64,000 bases of DNA. Source: Mizuhopecten yessoensis (Eukaryota). Position numbers and translations under genes: made by a program. Positions 37,781 to 64,000 of this stretch are shown one piece after another. Below the pieces are notes generated by a model. The model did not search any database. It was not told where the DNA came from and saw only the letters and a list, made by a program, of their open reading frames with translations. The DNA is taken from positions 122,440 through 186,439 of the forward strand of contig NW_018405575.1 of the NCBI RefSeq assembly GCF_002113885.1. Direction: 5' to 3'. Position 1 is the first letter of the stretch. Each line of letters starts with the position of its first letter.

Positions 37781-40369
37781 TTGTTCACTTTCACATTTTA
37801 TGCTATTAATGACATTTTACTGCATCAGTTGCACTATACAACCATATAAATATCAAATACACACATTTGTATTTATACATAGTTACACTATATTCAGCAG
37901 CGTAACACTTTAGTATAATAGTTACACTATATCAACATACATGTACATATAATACTACCTCATATAAGGGATTCTTTGATGGCATACACTGTAAAAATAT
38001 TCTTCATTTATTGGTTTCTTCGATCTAAGATAAATTCCTATATCATGTAATAAAATTTCTTTAAACATTGCAAATGCAGAAGTGATATTCATGTTCTTGG
38101 AATGGTATTTCACTATATTTCGAACCTTCATAATGGTATATTTCATATTTATTGTAACTGTAAAATAAATTATTTTGGTCATCTTCCTAAACCCCAAGTA
38201 GATATTTCTTCTCATTTCTACAAAAGATTATTAGATATATGAAGTTCTACATGTGATATAAACTGCTGTACATAATTACAATTGTAAAACCGATGACAAA
38301 GTGGTTCTATGTTTTCACAAAAATGACATCTTCCATCGGATCTATTCATTCATTGCAATTTTGCTTCTGTGAATACAGTTTTGTGAAAACAATTCCACTC
38401 AAATTGCTTCATTTTTTGAGATATTGCAGTGTGCTTAGTTTTGGTCTAAAGATTTCCCCAGTTTTTTATCTCAATATTTCTGGTTTGATAGTAATCTTCC
38501 TATTTCTGTATTAGGTTTACAGTAAGGCATATATATTTTGTGTATCTTGTTTTCCTGAAGCATTTTAGGAAGAATGATAAAGTGCTGCTTTTTCCATTAA
38601 TTATAATAATGAGTTGTAATTCAGAATTAATGAAGCACATCCGATACACATCAAATTAACCTGCCAGGAGTTAGTAAACATTTTTGTTTATCCACTAGTG
38701 GGTTACACCCTGGACTTGATTTCATTGATCAATCTTTGATTTATGACGTCACGTAACAAAGCTTTTAGACGTCATTTTCCATTGTCACGTCATGCTCCAT
38801 GGCAATTGTTTACCCCATTCTAAACTCACATGGTGTATTTTCCAAGGCAAACATGTGGGTTTTTTTTTTAAATAAAACACGAACGTTGTGGGAGGAACAG
38901 GTCCCCAAACTTGTGGTAGCTAGTTATCACGTTTATCTAACTTTCGTTTCTTCATTTTTAAATTTTAAACTTCGTGTCTTTATACATTTTGAAGATGATT
39001 TAATACGATTTAGATGAACATGATAACCGTCCAGCACTCGTTTGGAAACCTCTATATTCCTGCTGAAGGATTTTAAAAATTTTCTTCTGCTGTCAGTCCT
39101 GTTAAACATGTATTGTATGAATAAAGGTTGAGTGAGAATAACATGATTTGTTATTATTTTTGAAATTTGCAAATTGTCCATTGCTGATGATACCAAAGCT
39201 CTGTCATTATAAGTTGATTTGTAACAAAAAGATATTTATCGATAGTGAATGGCAGGTACATTTATGTTTGTGTATCAAATTGAATATTTGGCGTACAAAC
39301 CCCCTTTTTGTATGTTTAGGTGAGTGTTTCTAGTTTATTTCAACCATTACATGTTAAATACTAAATTAAAAAATAATTGTGAAATGAATATATCCTGATG
39401 TTTTGTCGCGTTCCTTGTTTATATAACTTCAATTGGTACCCCCTTGTGGTTGTGATGATGTTAGAAGTAATTTTTGAAATTTGTCAAAAATTTACAAACA
39501 TTAATTATATCTTAGATTCAACGTTACCTCAAGGATTGTGCATCCTTCAGGTTTTTGGCTTAGCCACTTTGCAGATTATATATAATGCTCACAATGTGTA
39601 CGGAATAGAGAGGAAATCTAACCATTCTAAAAATATTTAGCAAATGCAATTGAATTGTTTTTTTAACATAATATTCACAGTAAATTTTCCAATCTTCATG
39701 GTATTTTATCTAATAGATATTATTTACCAAGCATTTGACACATGGAGTTTGTATATTAAATAACTTTAGTGAGTTGATCAAAGGGAACGCTTCACATAAA
39801 GTACTATAAGAAAAACATTACCACAACTTCAACACACAAGGAAACAATTGAAAATGATGTTATGTAAAATACTTCCCTTTTGAAGAAACGAGTCCACATG
39901 TTGATTTTCGTATAAAAATGCGTTTCTTATACACACAGATACACATATTTAGGTTTGTACATCGCTAACATTAACAGGAAGTTAAAAAACAATATATTCA
40001 AGGATTTCTGTTAAATGCTTTATTTCTGAACTCAGCATATATATTACCTACAAGAAGAAATCTATATCCATGTATATTCAAATAACTTTTATGATTTCTA
40101 TAATACTTTGTATTTCCTAATCAGAATCACAGATGCTGGACACACTAATATGATATTTGTATACTATAATACTATTACATAGTATATACACATCATAGTA
40201 TTGTGTCCAGCACAGTCGATCAGAATATGTTACCTCCAAGTAAGTATATTTCAGTCTGATTTTCTATTACCTGGTAATTGTTTTTTTCGGGTTTTGAAAA
40301 AGTTCGTATTTCGGTTATCAGAATATGTCAACTACTGAATTATACAGATGTCCAACACCCACTCGTCTG

Positions 40370-40732
40370 TTATATTCCCATTACTTCTTGAACGATTTCC
40401 GTTATACATTCTATTTCCTCTGGTGAAGCATCGTATTTCTCTATGGTGCCGTCTTCATGTATGATGACCCCTGGCATGTATCTGTTGAGGTTTTCTTTCA
40501 CTATCTTAGCCGGATTGAGGTATTTATCCAGACATTTCATCACACAGGGAATCACTACCAATAGACAGGGACAACCAGTCCCAAAAGCGACGATACAGGC
40601 CTTGGGGTCTCGTAGGAAACAGAAGGTGATACCAGAAAACATCAGCACAGTCAGCAGTACGGAGCCCGTGAAGATCAGAATAGTCTTTGTCTGGGCGTCC
40701 CTAGCGTTATCACGGTCCGCCTCGGATATTAC
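40370..40732 (-). CDS. Orphan type I membrane protein, exon 5 (TM and cytoplasmic tail)
   Basis: VISEADRD...ILIFTGSVLLTVLMFSGITFCFL...EVMGI*; phase 0 matches exon 4. The acceptor is AAG, a weaker type. Minus-strand AATAAA near 40020. Confidence 0.75.
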   Translation of the reverse strand, partial: VISEADRDNARDAQTKTILIFTGSVLLTVLMFSGITFCFLRDPKACIVAFGTGCPCLLVVIPCVMKCLDKYLNPAKIVKENLNRYMPGVIIHEDGTIEKYDASPEEIECITEIVQEVMGI

Positions 40733-42839
40733 CTTGTGAAATAAATCGTAATAAGAGAATATTTATTGTGTCTTATTTATTCAGAAGGACTGTGTATTGT
40801 GAAATAAAACAATAGGATCGGAAACCGACGTTGAAACAACCGCACAACAACAATCTATATTTAACAATGGGAACCCTGTAACTACCTGGCAAAAACCCTG
40901 ATATACTACCGTGATTCGTTTTCTCCAGATCATAAAGTAAAACGTAAACATTGAAAACAGTACATCGGTTTAAGTCTCTTCATGTGTTACAGATCATTGA
41001 CAAAATATGACTTAATTCTTTAATTTATGAACGGAAAAGAAATAAGGCTTCAATACAAAATCCATGCTTGAGCATGAGAACGGTTTCGTGAATACGGGCC
41101 CAGATCTAGAGCAAGGCCTTGATAGGGGGACAAGGGGTACGATAAGCAGCGCTTTTGTTTTACTTTTCCGTTTGAAAATTTAGTGGATTCACCTGCGTAC
41201 TAGAGTATATTAATGGTGTATGTTTACAACTTACAATACAAACCAATGACGTTACAATTAATACCTGCTCACAAGAGAAGATAACTCTGCAATACGCAAA
41301 GACGGAATAGGCAGCTACGTGCCTGACATTCATGGTGTATGTTTACAACTTACCATACAAGGCAAAGCCTTAAAAGAGCGTTGCTTTTGTTGATCTCTGA
41401 TATTTACTGATTCGTTCAGAATGAGAACATGCTGATTTCAGAATGAGATAAGATAAGCTTTATTTGAAGTCGGCAAGTCGAGGAATGACAATAAAACACA
41501 ATCTCTAATGAGAATTTAAGACCTACATAACAATTAGGGGAAATCGGGGCAAGTTCGTCCACTTTTTATTTAAGTCCGTTCTGGGAAATATGGCAGCACG
41601 TCCTTGATAACAGTGGACGATAACAGTGACAAATGGAGCTATATCTTGGGTCGGACAATTGCTACAAAATAAAGATCTTCCAGTATATATAAATCAAATG
41701 TTTGAATAAAAAAGTCTGATATTATTTAAGATGAACTAATTTAGCTTCCTGTGGCTGTCCGTTTAGTTTTTACCACGCACACATACATCATCATAGCTGT
41801 TTCTGTAAAAAGAACAGGCTTTCTTTTAGCTAATACAATCAATTTTCTGTAAATAATGTAAATTTCGCCTGAATCTCCAAAACAATGCAGAACATGTCAC
41901 ACCTTAAACCATTTGTACCAGACTACTTTTTCCACTAGTATTACTAATTTCATTAAATTCTTTAATTTAAAAAGACTGATTCATTTTAGTAATGCTAGTA
42001 TAATATTGCAAGACATGTGATAACCCCCTCCTGCTAGGTTTGGGAAAAGAATAGGCCTGTTTTTCCTTTCATTGGATTCATAGGATTTAAAGCTATTTAT
42101 GAGAAAGTATCTGTGATTATACCTGTTTCATGTGATAGTGTAATGTTTTATTGTTTATATGTACGCGACTCTAAATAAAGTTTCTTGTATCTTGTATCTT
42201 GCTGTATCCCACTAAATGTGATCGAAATAGACAACTAATGTGGGCCACAGCAGAATCGGGGGATTTCTTCTGCGTCTTCTGTTTAAGTGCCATTGAAAAA
42301 AAAAATCTGCTACCGCCATTGAAATACTTTGGATCTAACATTTTTTTTTATTATAACTTTGGCGATCTTTCTGTTTCCCTGCAGCGATACAAGTATTGGT
42401 GCATTCCTTGAAATCTGATTGAAGAATTTATTAGAATGTACGTCCCTTTTTAGTTTTTCTGGACTATTTATACAGGGAACATCCTGGAATTGAGAGCAGT
42501 TGGTCATGTTCAGCAAGTTTAATCAATATCAAAATGAAGACGGGCCATTCTATGTCAAATTAAAAGAAAATTGAAACATGGATGGGTCAATATCAGTTTT
42601 GAGGGGTCAATGGCCCCATGGCCCCCTCCAAGGTTATCCCTGTTTATAGCCCAGATCTAAAATTGTGTCTGAGTTTAGCTTGTAATCGCATTTGTAGTCT
42701 AACTATGTATTTGTGGTAGTATTTGTGGTGTCTGATTGAAGGTTTGATACAATTGTTGTTTAACATTCTCACAGAAGTTGCTTTGTTGTTAAATGGTACT
42801 CTGGTAAGATTACATTGTAAACATACAGAGAATACGTAC

Positions 42840-43186
42840 CTGGAAGCTATCGTCTTCTGCACCAGTGGACGAGTTATCAGCAGGCGTGGTGTGCTGGTAG
42901 GCCCAGCCTTTATTGGCAATATCGTTCAAGTCCAGACCGACCTGTCTTTTATGTCGACGACGGCGTTTAGCTAGAATGGTTTTCACGGTATCCATCTTTG
43001 AGGTTGTTGTTGTTGTCGGGGCAACGGTAGGGGCAACGGTAGTAAGGTTCCCCCCGGCCAAGATGAAGAATAGCTTCGACTTCTTTTGATTGATCATGGA
43101 GTCACTTACTGGGTCTTTGGAAAGCTTGTCTAGTGTAGCTTCTTCTTTGACCACGCTAAATTGGTCATAATTCTGATGTGTGGGTT
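42840..43186 (-). CDS. Orphan membrane protein, exon 4 (Thr-rich, polybasic KRRRRHKR)
   Basis: gtttcag| acceptor, CAG|gtacgt donor, phase 1-0, open frame. Confidence 0.8.
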
Positions 43187-43819
43187 CTGAAACGTACATT
43201 ACAAACGTACATTACAGCGACTTAAATATTGATTTTGATAGCTTGGTACAGTGCGAAAGAAATACAAGATTCAAATGTACAGTCGAACCTTTATTTGTGT
43301 GAACGTAATTATAAATGCAAAACACAGAGAATAACCAAGAGTACTTCGAACTCAAAATCGATAACATTTGGGCAAAATATGAACAAACAACAAAAATTCA
43401 AGGGTCCGTTTGAATTTGTTTATATTTCTGATAGGCTCTAATATAAGACAGAAACCAAAACGGCCAGTTTGTTCCCAAAAGGCATGGCCATAGCTTGCTA
43501 GAAAACCTTGTCATCGCATTCAGCAAAATGTAATGTCAGCCATGAACTCTATCATTCTCACGATTCCATCCTCAGTACAATTTCATTTTGACCTTCATGG
43601 TGTGTTTCCTCAAAATATGCTTTATAATACTATTATATCGCCGTTCGCCATTCCTGGAAAAGAAAGCTCCAACAATAAGACAACGAAACGTTCCTTCAAT
43701 TTGGTATGACTTGCATGTATAGTACTAAAGCAAAATGTTTGAAATCCTACTTTTAAATTACTTTGCGGTAATATTAATACTTTTTGTTTATATGTGTGTA
43801 ACTGTTGTGTGTTAATTAC

Positions 43820-43954
43820 CGGAAGTTGTATTGTTGAGTGATGACGTCATGGATTGGTTGGTTAACATGTCGGGTGGTATTCCCACCTTGACAACGTGTA
43901 GCCCGTCTCCTCCGGGCTCATCAAATGTTGGTATGACCTCTTGCTCTTCAAACT
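43820..43954 (-). CDS. Orphan membrane protein, exon 3
   Basis: aaacag| ... G|gtaatt, 135 nt, phase 1-1, FEEQEVIPTFDEPGG...NNTTS. Confidence 0.75.
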
Positions 43955-44608
43955 CTGTTTAAAGTCACATGTTAAAAGTCCATAAGTTACAAGAATACTT
44001 AAGCGTAAACAACGAAGAACAAAGAACTCGATGTCGATTAATACGAAAAATTAATCGAAAATAACACTTCAGCAACCTCCCCCTCATCCCCCTCCTCGCA
44101 CCTTCAGGGGGAAAGGGGAGAGGCAATCAAGCAAAAAAAGCAAAATAAATGAAAATCAAACAAACAAACAAAAGCAAAATAAATGAAAATCAAACAAACA
44201 ATCAAAGTAATGATAAAAAAAACTCTCAAGCTGAAGGTATACTAAAATTAGTGATTGAAGGAGAAAAGGAGCAAACAATCGTGAGATATTTTCATAAAAC
44301 ATTATATGGCAATTTCCATATGAAATATTCAGCCTTCAGGTGTGTCACTTATTCTTATGAACTGTTATCATATATTTTAATGAAATTATAAACATTTGAA
44401 ATCAACACGAGATATTTGCAGGGTTCATCAATAATGTAAAATATAAATCTTATGTAATTTTAACGCATGAATCATATGATCAGTTTGAACTTTTTCATCT
44501 ACTGTCACTCTTTGAATCTTAATTTAATACTAATGCTTTTCGGTTTTATGTTTTGTTTTTGTTTTTGTTTTGGTTAGACAGTTGTGTCTCCAAAGGTGAT
44601 GTGTTCAA

Positions 44609-44611
<3 letters not shown>

Positions 44612-44639
<28 letters not shown>
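44612..44639. repeat. (GT)n microsatellite next to an N at 44642 (possible assembly join)
   Basis: Seen directly. Confidence 0.9.
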
Positions 44640-44641
<2 letters not shown>

Positions 44642-44748
44642 NGGAGGATGATATGAGAAGACAACTAGAAAAAGTGTTATTCACATATACTAAAAAAATT
44701 GGTGTCTCCAATAAACTCTATATTCGGTGTAAAAAAAAGTGGACATAC

Positions 44749-44808
44749 CTTCTGCTGCAAATGTCTCATGGTGGGAGATTTCTATTGAGATCATTCTGCA
44801 ATCTACAA
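44749..44808 (-). CDS. Orphan membrane protein, exon 2
   Basis: ttacag| ... G|gtatgt, 60 nt, phase 1-1, VDCRMISIEISHHETFAAE. Confidence 0.7.
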
Positions 44809-45542
44809 CTGTAATATAGACTAGATAATTATACGTAGTTTTAACAACAAAGTAGCATCGTCAAATACTAATCATGATTTATGATGTCGCATGATCCTTC
44901 CACCACCTATAATATAGCCTGTACGTCAAAACTACTGTTTCAACATTGATATTCTTTCCAAAAACAAACCAAAAAATTGTTAAAAACGTACGGTCATTAT
45001 TTTCACAAAGTGTACACGAACGTGCCAATTAACTCGAATAATCGTTGTCTCTTCACTTTTTCTGATACAAAAAGCTTTGATGTTTTTTGGCGATTATCTA
45101 CTCTCGCAAAATGTCTTGCCAGATACGTTACTAAACAAAACACCCATAATACAAGGATTTATTATCTATAACAACATGTTTGCAATGCAAAGTTCATTTT
45201 CCACTTTTACTGTATATGTATTGGCGCATGATAAGTGTGAATGAACGTAAACACGTTCCAAAAGGCTAAATATTGACAGATCTACAATAACTTTTGTTAG
45301 TCTAATCATAGCAAAAACAAATGTCATCTGACACATGATTTTGGTTTAAAATATATGTTTCAGGGCATGATATAATTTAAATGTTAATCTCGGCAAAACT
45401 TTAGCGCTGTACACTTGTACACGACATTTAATTTTGCGATATGGGCATTGCAAGTCTAGGTTAGTTGGCAGCACAGACTTCAGCAGACGACGTAAGTTTA
45501 TATGCGTTACATCCCTTCGTAAGCTTTCGGTTGTAAACTTAC

Positions 45543-45603
45543 CTGTGTGGAAAAATATAACCGAACAAATTATGTTCCTCAATTGAAACCAATAAAGATG
45601 CAT
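45543..45603 (-). CDS. Orphan membrane protein, exon 1 (signal-peptide-like)
   Basis: MHLYWFQLRNIICSVIFFHT, then CAG|gtaagt, phase 1. The five exons sum to 966 nt (321 aa). Confidence 0.72.
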
Positions 45604-45726
45604 GTCAAGTGTCACTAGGACAACAAACTTGCTACATTTTTTTCAGGAAAGAGAATATTCTGTCAATGTTGACAGGTGGCGCTGCATCCTTTCGGAACTC
45701 TCCACTTATTGACTTCCGAAGGGAAA
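45604..45726. promoter_or_regulatory. Compact bidirectional promoter between the orphan gene and FECH
   Basis: Divergent ATGs at 45603 and 45727; ETS-like CGGAAC at ~45694 and ACTTCCG at 45712; CTCF-like ACAGGTGGCGC at 45672; palindrome ctgtcaa-tg-ttgacag at 45660-45675. Confidence 0.6.
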
Positions 45727-59156
<13,430 letters not shown>

Positions 59157-59312
59157 CTCCTTTGATAAAGCTCTGTGATGATGATGGCATGTTGGAAGCT
59201 CTGCAGTTTTTTAAATAGTTCCTTTCTGTATTAAACCATCATGGTGAAAATTGTGTCAGATTTTGAGGATGTTTAGTTTTATGTTCAAAATTGAAATACT
59301 ATTTTTGCTTTC

Positions 59313-60124
59313 TTTAGCACAAAGGGCATACACCTATTAAAGCACTGCGTCTATTGTCATTCATCATCAATTTGTTTTTAGAAGAAAAAAAGAAAATAAA
59401 TCCTTCTCCAAATTTGTCTGCAATATCTTTTGGAAGGGTGAGGGTTCTTAATTGTTAACCAGATTACTAACAGCATTCACTCTATGCTAATTTTTTTCTA
59501 TTTTGTTATATAATTATGTTCCCTGTAGATACCTTTTGATGAGTTAATTGTTCAAGAGAAGTATCGGTCTTCCCAATAGGGTGAGGAGCAGGGATAAAAG
59601 GTGTCATTTGGGCTATTGTTTAAAGGACTCCTCCTCTGTGATGGATATCAACCACATTTAGATGCAGGCATCAACAGGTTGTAGGAATTTCAAATTGTAC
59701 AAATGTTGGGGCTGACCGACTGAGGAGTGGGCTATAAAAGTAAAATTTGGCCATACGTCTCTGAAACTATGGGATGGATATCAACTGTATTTATTTGGAA
59801 CTTAGTCCATTGGTTACCGTATGGAAACACTTAAGATCCTCCTTCCCTATAACCATACATAAAAGAGCTAGGTATATGTAGAGACTAATGCTACAAGGAT
59901 TGGCCTGTGGATCAAGCCCTGTCCCTGGGGACTTAGTCCTCGGTTCATCACATGGAAACAGTTAAGATCCTTATCCCATAATCAGACTTAACACAATCAT
60001 ACTATCAGTATTGTTGGCAGGGTCTTTCCCTGCCCCTTGGGGCTTATTACTTGCAATATGACGTTATTGTCATGATTGCTTCAAAAACAAGGTGAGCTAT
60101 ACAGACCCTCATGGCCAATAGTTT
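59313..60124 (-). mobile_element. Degenerate HINE-like element downstream of the FECH stop
   Basis: Terminus ggtgagctatacagaccctcatggcc is the reverse of the HINE start; internal degenerate repeats are related to 61900-62680. Confidence 0.45.
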
Positions 60125-60589
60125 TACTCAATATTATTTATTTACCTTTTGTTGTCAGAGGTAGGACTATGATCTCTTTTTAATTACTGGTAACATCATT
60201 TATATTTAAATATTCATATTTACATTTAGTTTGCAAAGTTTATCGTTGTAAGAATAAACGATAAAAACTCGGTACGATGTTCCCCATTTTCTTCCTTAAC
60301 ATTAAAATAAATATGATGTCCCTTATTTATACCACTATACAGACACCTCATAACTTGCCCCTTGTTTCATGGTTATGGCCATCATATTTCCTTTTTGCAT
60401 ATTTAAAAATTCCTCTATATGTCTCTCTTTATACTATTTATTCACATTTTTTTTGCCTCGGTTAAACGAGTTTAACTGTTCATAATTTCACCCTGGTAAT
60501 GTACATGTATATTATTAGTTATACAGGTCTTTGGCAGGGTACATGGTCTCATGTTCCCTGTCAGGACCTTATGTACCCTGAGCCGAAGG

Positions 60590-61002
60590 CTGTAAAGACT
60601 CCCATCCTGTTTCCTTGCATCGAGATAAAAATGGCCCAATGCCTCGTCTAATCTTGGCTTCGAGAAGTCCTCAAAATCTGTGTCTTGCTCCTTTTCGCTT
60701 AAGTATGCTCTGAAGGTTTTGCTTGCTGAATTGTTACTTTTCTTTGTGTTTGTAGGTTTAAATGACGCCCGTTTTGTCTCAATTTCACTCTCCGTGTGGC
60801 TTGCAAACCGTTTCTCCATTGTGTTCATTGTTGACATTAGCAGACGAACGTTCTCCGGTGTGTTTGATTCGAATCTGCGAGTTATCTCCCTTACAACAGG
60901 CGCGCGTGCTCTTATGTACCCCGGCAAGGATACTAACATAGCTTCAGGTACCTTGGCAATTCGACCAATCACCGTGCGACATTTTTCTTTGCAGTATGAC
61001 AA
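60590..61002 (-). mobile_element. Crypton-type (DUF3504/tyrosine-recombinase-associated) transposon fragment
   Basis: KRFA...NTKKS....KTFRAYL...LDEALGHFYLDARKQDGSLY resembles the N-terminal region of CryptonA/ZMYM/KCTD1-type proteins; truncated before the catalytic region. Confidence 0.62.
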
Positions 61003-61472
61003 AACTAGATGATTCCTGCTTACTCGGCTAAGGAGAATTTCTCTTCAGCTCATTTGGTAGAGTGTAAGACTATTTATTAAACCAGAGTTCTCTATGGAAA
61101 GCATTGAAAAAAATAATGACCTCGGTTGCAATAATAATGCAAATTTATCATAACACCATATAATAATTAAATTTGAAGGCATTTACAGATGAAGGGCAAA
61201 AGTCTGTTGGACAAAACGTTCCTGGAATAATTACATAGCCAAACCCCTTTATTAAGCATTTTACAATAGGTGGATTAGAACTAGTTTTAACTGCATTGGA
61301 TCAGTTAAATTTGTAATATATAGTTGTTATGTGGTGTGTAAATTGACCTGTGCTATGTTCACCTGAATGGTGTGATGTGAAGGCATAATTAACACTGGGT
61401 CAATATGGATCTATTGAGGGCAAAAGTTTGATGGACAAAAATTCGTCTAAAGTATAATGCCTTACCGGTTAA

Positions 61473-61555
61473 CCCTTTCACCACTGTAGACCATAATGGA
61501 CTCATCCAGATCAATGCATGGTTGAGTCTATTAAAGTTACATAGGTGTGAGAGGG
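61473..61555 (+). mobile_element. 83-bp piggyBac-type MITE
   Basis: Near-identical to the 50482 copy. Confidence 0.8.
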
Positions 61556-61899
61556 TAAAATGAGCCAACGAGGATGCACGAAAGCAACCTGAAATCATTA
61601 TTCAGATTTTCAGTTTGGGAAGTGATGCAGTGTAAGACTTTCCGGCGATAGTTTCACATTTTATGTATGTACATGTTTGATTAGTTTGTGATTGTGTTAG
61701 ATTTACAAAGTGGTGCTTGAGTAGAAAGGAAATCATCCAAAGCTATTAAACAGATTATATAAGTGCTATGGTGTACCACTTTCAGGTGAGATTGAATAAA
61801 TAATATATACTTAAAATGTATTTAATTATTTATGTGTTCGAGAACACGATGCTGACTTATGATGTTTTTGAGTTGAAGTTAAAACTGTCTGTAAAATCC

Positions 61900-62680
61900 A
61901 ATTGCTCTGGGGTCCGTTCCCATCCCTTCCGGATCCACTGGAAACTGAGGACACAATGTGGAAACTGTTCAGATCCATTCCTTAGTGCCAAATATACAAT
62001 TGCTAGACACAAAGAGACAAGACACTCGTAATACAAGGATTGGCTATGCGGTCCAGCCCGACCCCAGGGGACATAGTCTCAAGGTCTCAACTTGGAAACA
62101 GTTGTGATCCCCAACTAAAAACCACATATGCATATACAATTGCTAGGGAAGAAGAAACAAGACACTGATTCTTCGAGGATTGGACCAGGGCTCGGCCCTA
62201 TTGGGGCTTGCTGCCCGCATCATGGCATAAAAAGTTAAGGGGCCCGGCTCCCTCCCTAATTACTAACTTCCCACGATGAGGTACTTTCCCTATCACCATA
62301 CATGCATATTACAATTGCAGGCATGAATACCTATACAAACTTGTGCTATAGTGATTGGCTCTGGGGTATTGCCTCTCCCCCTGTTACTTAATGTACTTCA
62401 AGGGCCATAACAAAGTAACAGTTGCGATTTCTACCATATATACATGTATACAATTGCTAGGCGTGAAAAAGTGCAAACACCCATGATACCATGGATTGCC
62501 TGGTGGTCCGGCCATCTCTGGGTAATTAATCATAATATGGAAAAAGTTAAAATCCTCATCCCATAAGTTATAGCAATATATACATTTGCTTAGTTTAAAG
62601 AGAAAAATACTCTCATGCTACCAAGATTGTTCGAGGGTTCGAGCCCCAACCCAGAGTACTTGTTCCATGGATCATGACAA
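61900..62680. repeat. Degenerate ~125-bp tandem repeat
   Basis: tatacaattgctag...ggattgg...aacagtt motifs recur. Confidence 0.55.
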
Positions 62681-64000
62681 CTTATGAAGCCAACAACATT
62701 TCAATAACACCTGACTACATAGACAGACAATTATAAATAATACAAGTAATGATAGGAAGTCAAAAACTATACATGTACATACATTTTATATTCTAAATCT
62801 TGGAAGCTGGACCTAATAAGAGTTTGCACATGTCTAAATCAATTACGATTTTCATCCAAAGCTAGATAATTGTCACCAAATACTAGTAACCTTAAACTTT
62901 TTTGCACATTTCTATCGTTATTGTATTGGGACAGTACTGTACGAGCATTACTCTAAAATTGACACTTCATTTCCATATATCGGATATAAAAGGAATCCTT
63001 TTTCTTACACCAGTTTTCATAAAAAAGTAAAATTTATTGTCTCTTTTAATAAATTATTATACCAAATTGGTCGTTGGGTTGTTGGGTGTGGGTTCATTTT
63101 CTTGCATAGAAAGCCCACACTATTAATACTTCCTTCCAAAATAATTATAATATATATATTTGAGCGCTCGTATATGTACATGTATCATCATTGGGATGGC
63201 AGTTTTACCGAACGTTAATATTAACCCCTAGACCGTGTAAGGCCTGCTCTGGTCACCTAGTGTAACAAATACACAGGTCCCTTTGATCACATAGACTACA
63301 CGCTGTCATATGACCATAGCTGTTGCGATGACGCTAAATCCAAAACAAATCTACAAACAGGTGTATTTATAGCCATAAGGAAGTTCCGTTATTCTGTTGA
63401 CGTTTAATGGTCGAGAGGACATTCGTATCAACAAGTTCTTGTATTGCTTTGTTCAGGTAAGTGTGCCAGGTGATATATTCATATATTAAAAGGACTCGTC
63501 CTTCATGCATTGTAATTAAAATTAACTTTATATATCGATAAACGTTACAAATCGCCACTTCTGTAGTTTCAACCTTTCGCTAGAATGTATTTTACTTCAA
63601 CATTTTTTAGAAAGATCAATTTTGACCACGGAATTAGATTATCTAAGTCCGTGATTTTGACTAATCAATCACACTGGATCATTAAGCTGGCGAATTTCTA
63701 TTCAAGGGACTATATGATGTATATGCATATTGGATATGATCATTACATAAATCCTGATATTAGCAACAGCAAAATAGATATATATACAAATTAGTGTATT
63801 GACATTTGGCGGCCATGTTTGTCTGACGTAATTGCCAAAAAATAGGTGTATGCAGTCGGGAACCATCGGCACTTCTCGTAACAAAGTATTTTCTCGTTTA
63901 TTGTAGCCCCCTGCATGGGTTGATGGGGTTATAACTACATTACGTATATTTACTCACTTTTGGGACGGCACAAAGCTTCATTGATAAGTTTTATGACATG

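Overview
AT-rich animal genomic DNA. The repeat content suggests a bivalve mollusc, which is an inference. The left ~37 kb holds a cluster of five TRIM/RBCC-like E3 ligase genes with single-exon CDSs. Two are intact and have an unusual RING-(Bbox1-Bbox2-coiled-coil)x2 layout; three are disrupted. They are interspersed with minisatellites, Helentron/HINE-like repeats, MITEs, an L2/CR1-type LINE fragment and a ~5 kb tandem duplication. One copy of the duplication has lost its TRIM gene and carries an 88 x 28-bp minisatellite that is single-copy in the sister unit. The right half holds a 5-exon orphan membrane-protein gene (- strand) head-to-head, ATGs ~124 bp apart, with an 11-exon ferrochelatase gene (FECH, + strand, 417 aa). 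The most striking signal is that at least six FECH splice junctions are each tandemly amplified into the adjacent intron (4-16 copies of donor or acceptor, unrelated unit sequences). The functional site is always the exon-proximal copy, and several decoys form AG|GT ratchet-like sites. A TRIM stop codon is amplified in the same way. Exon structures were derived by eye from GT-AG sites, phase consistency and recalled homology; no searches were run.
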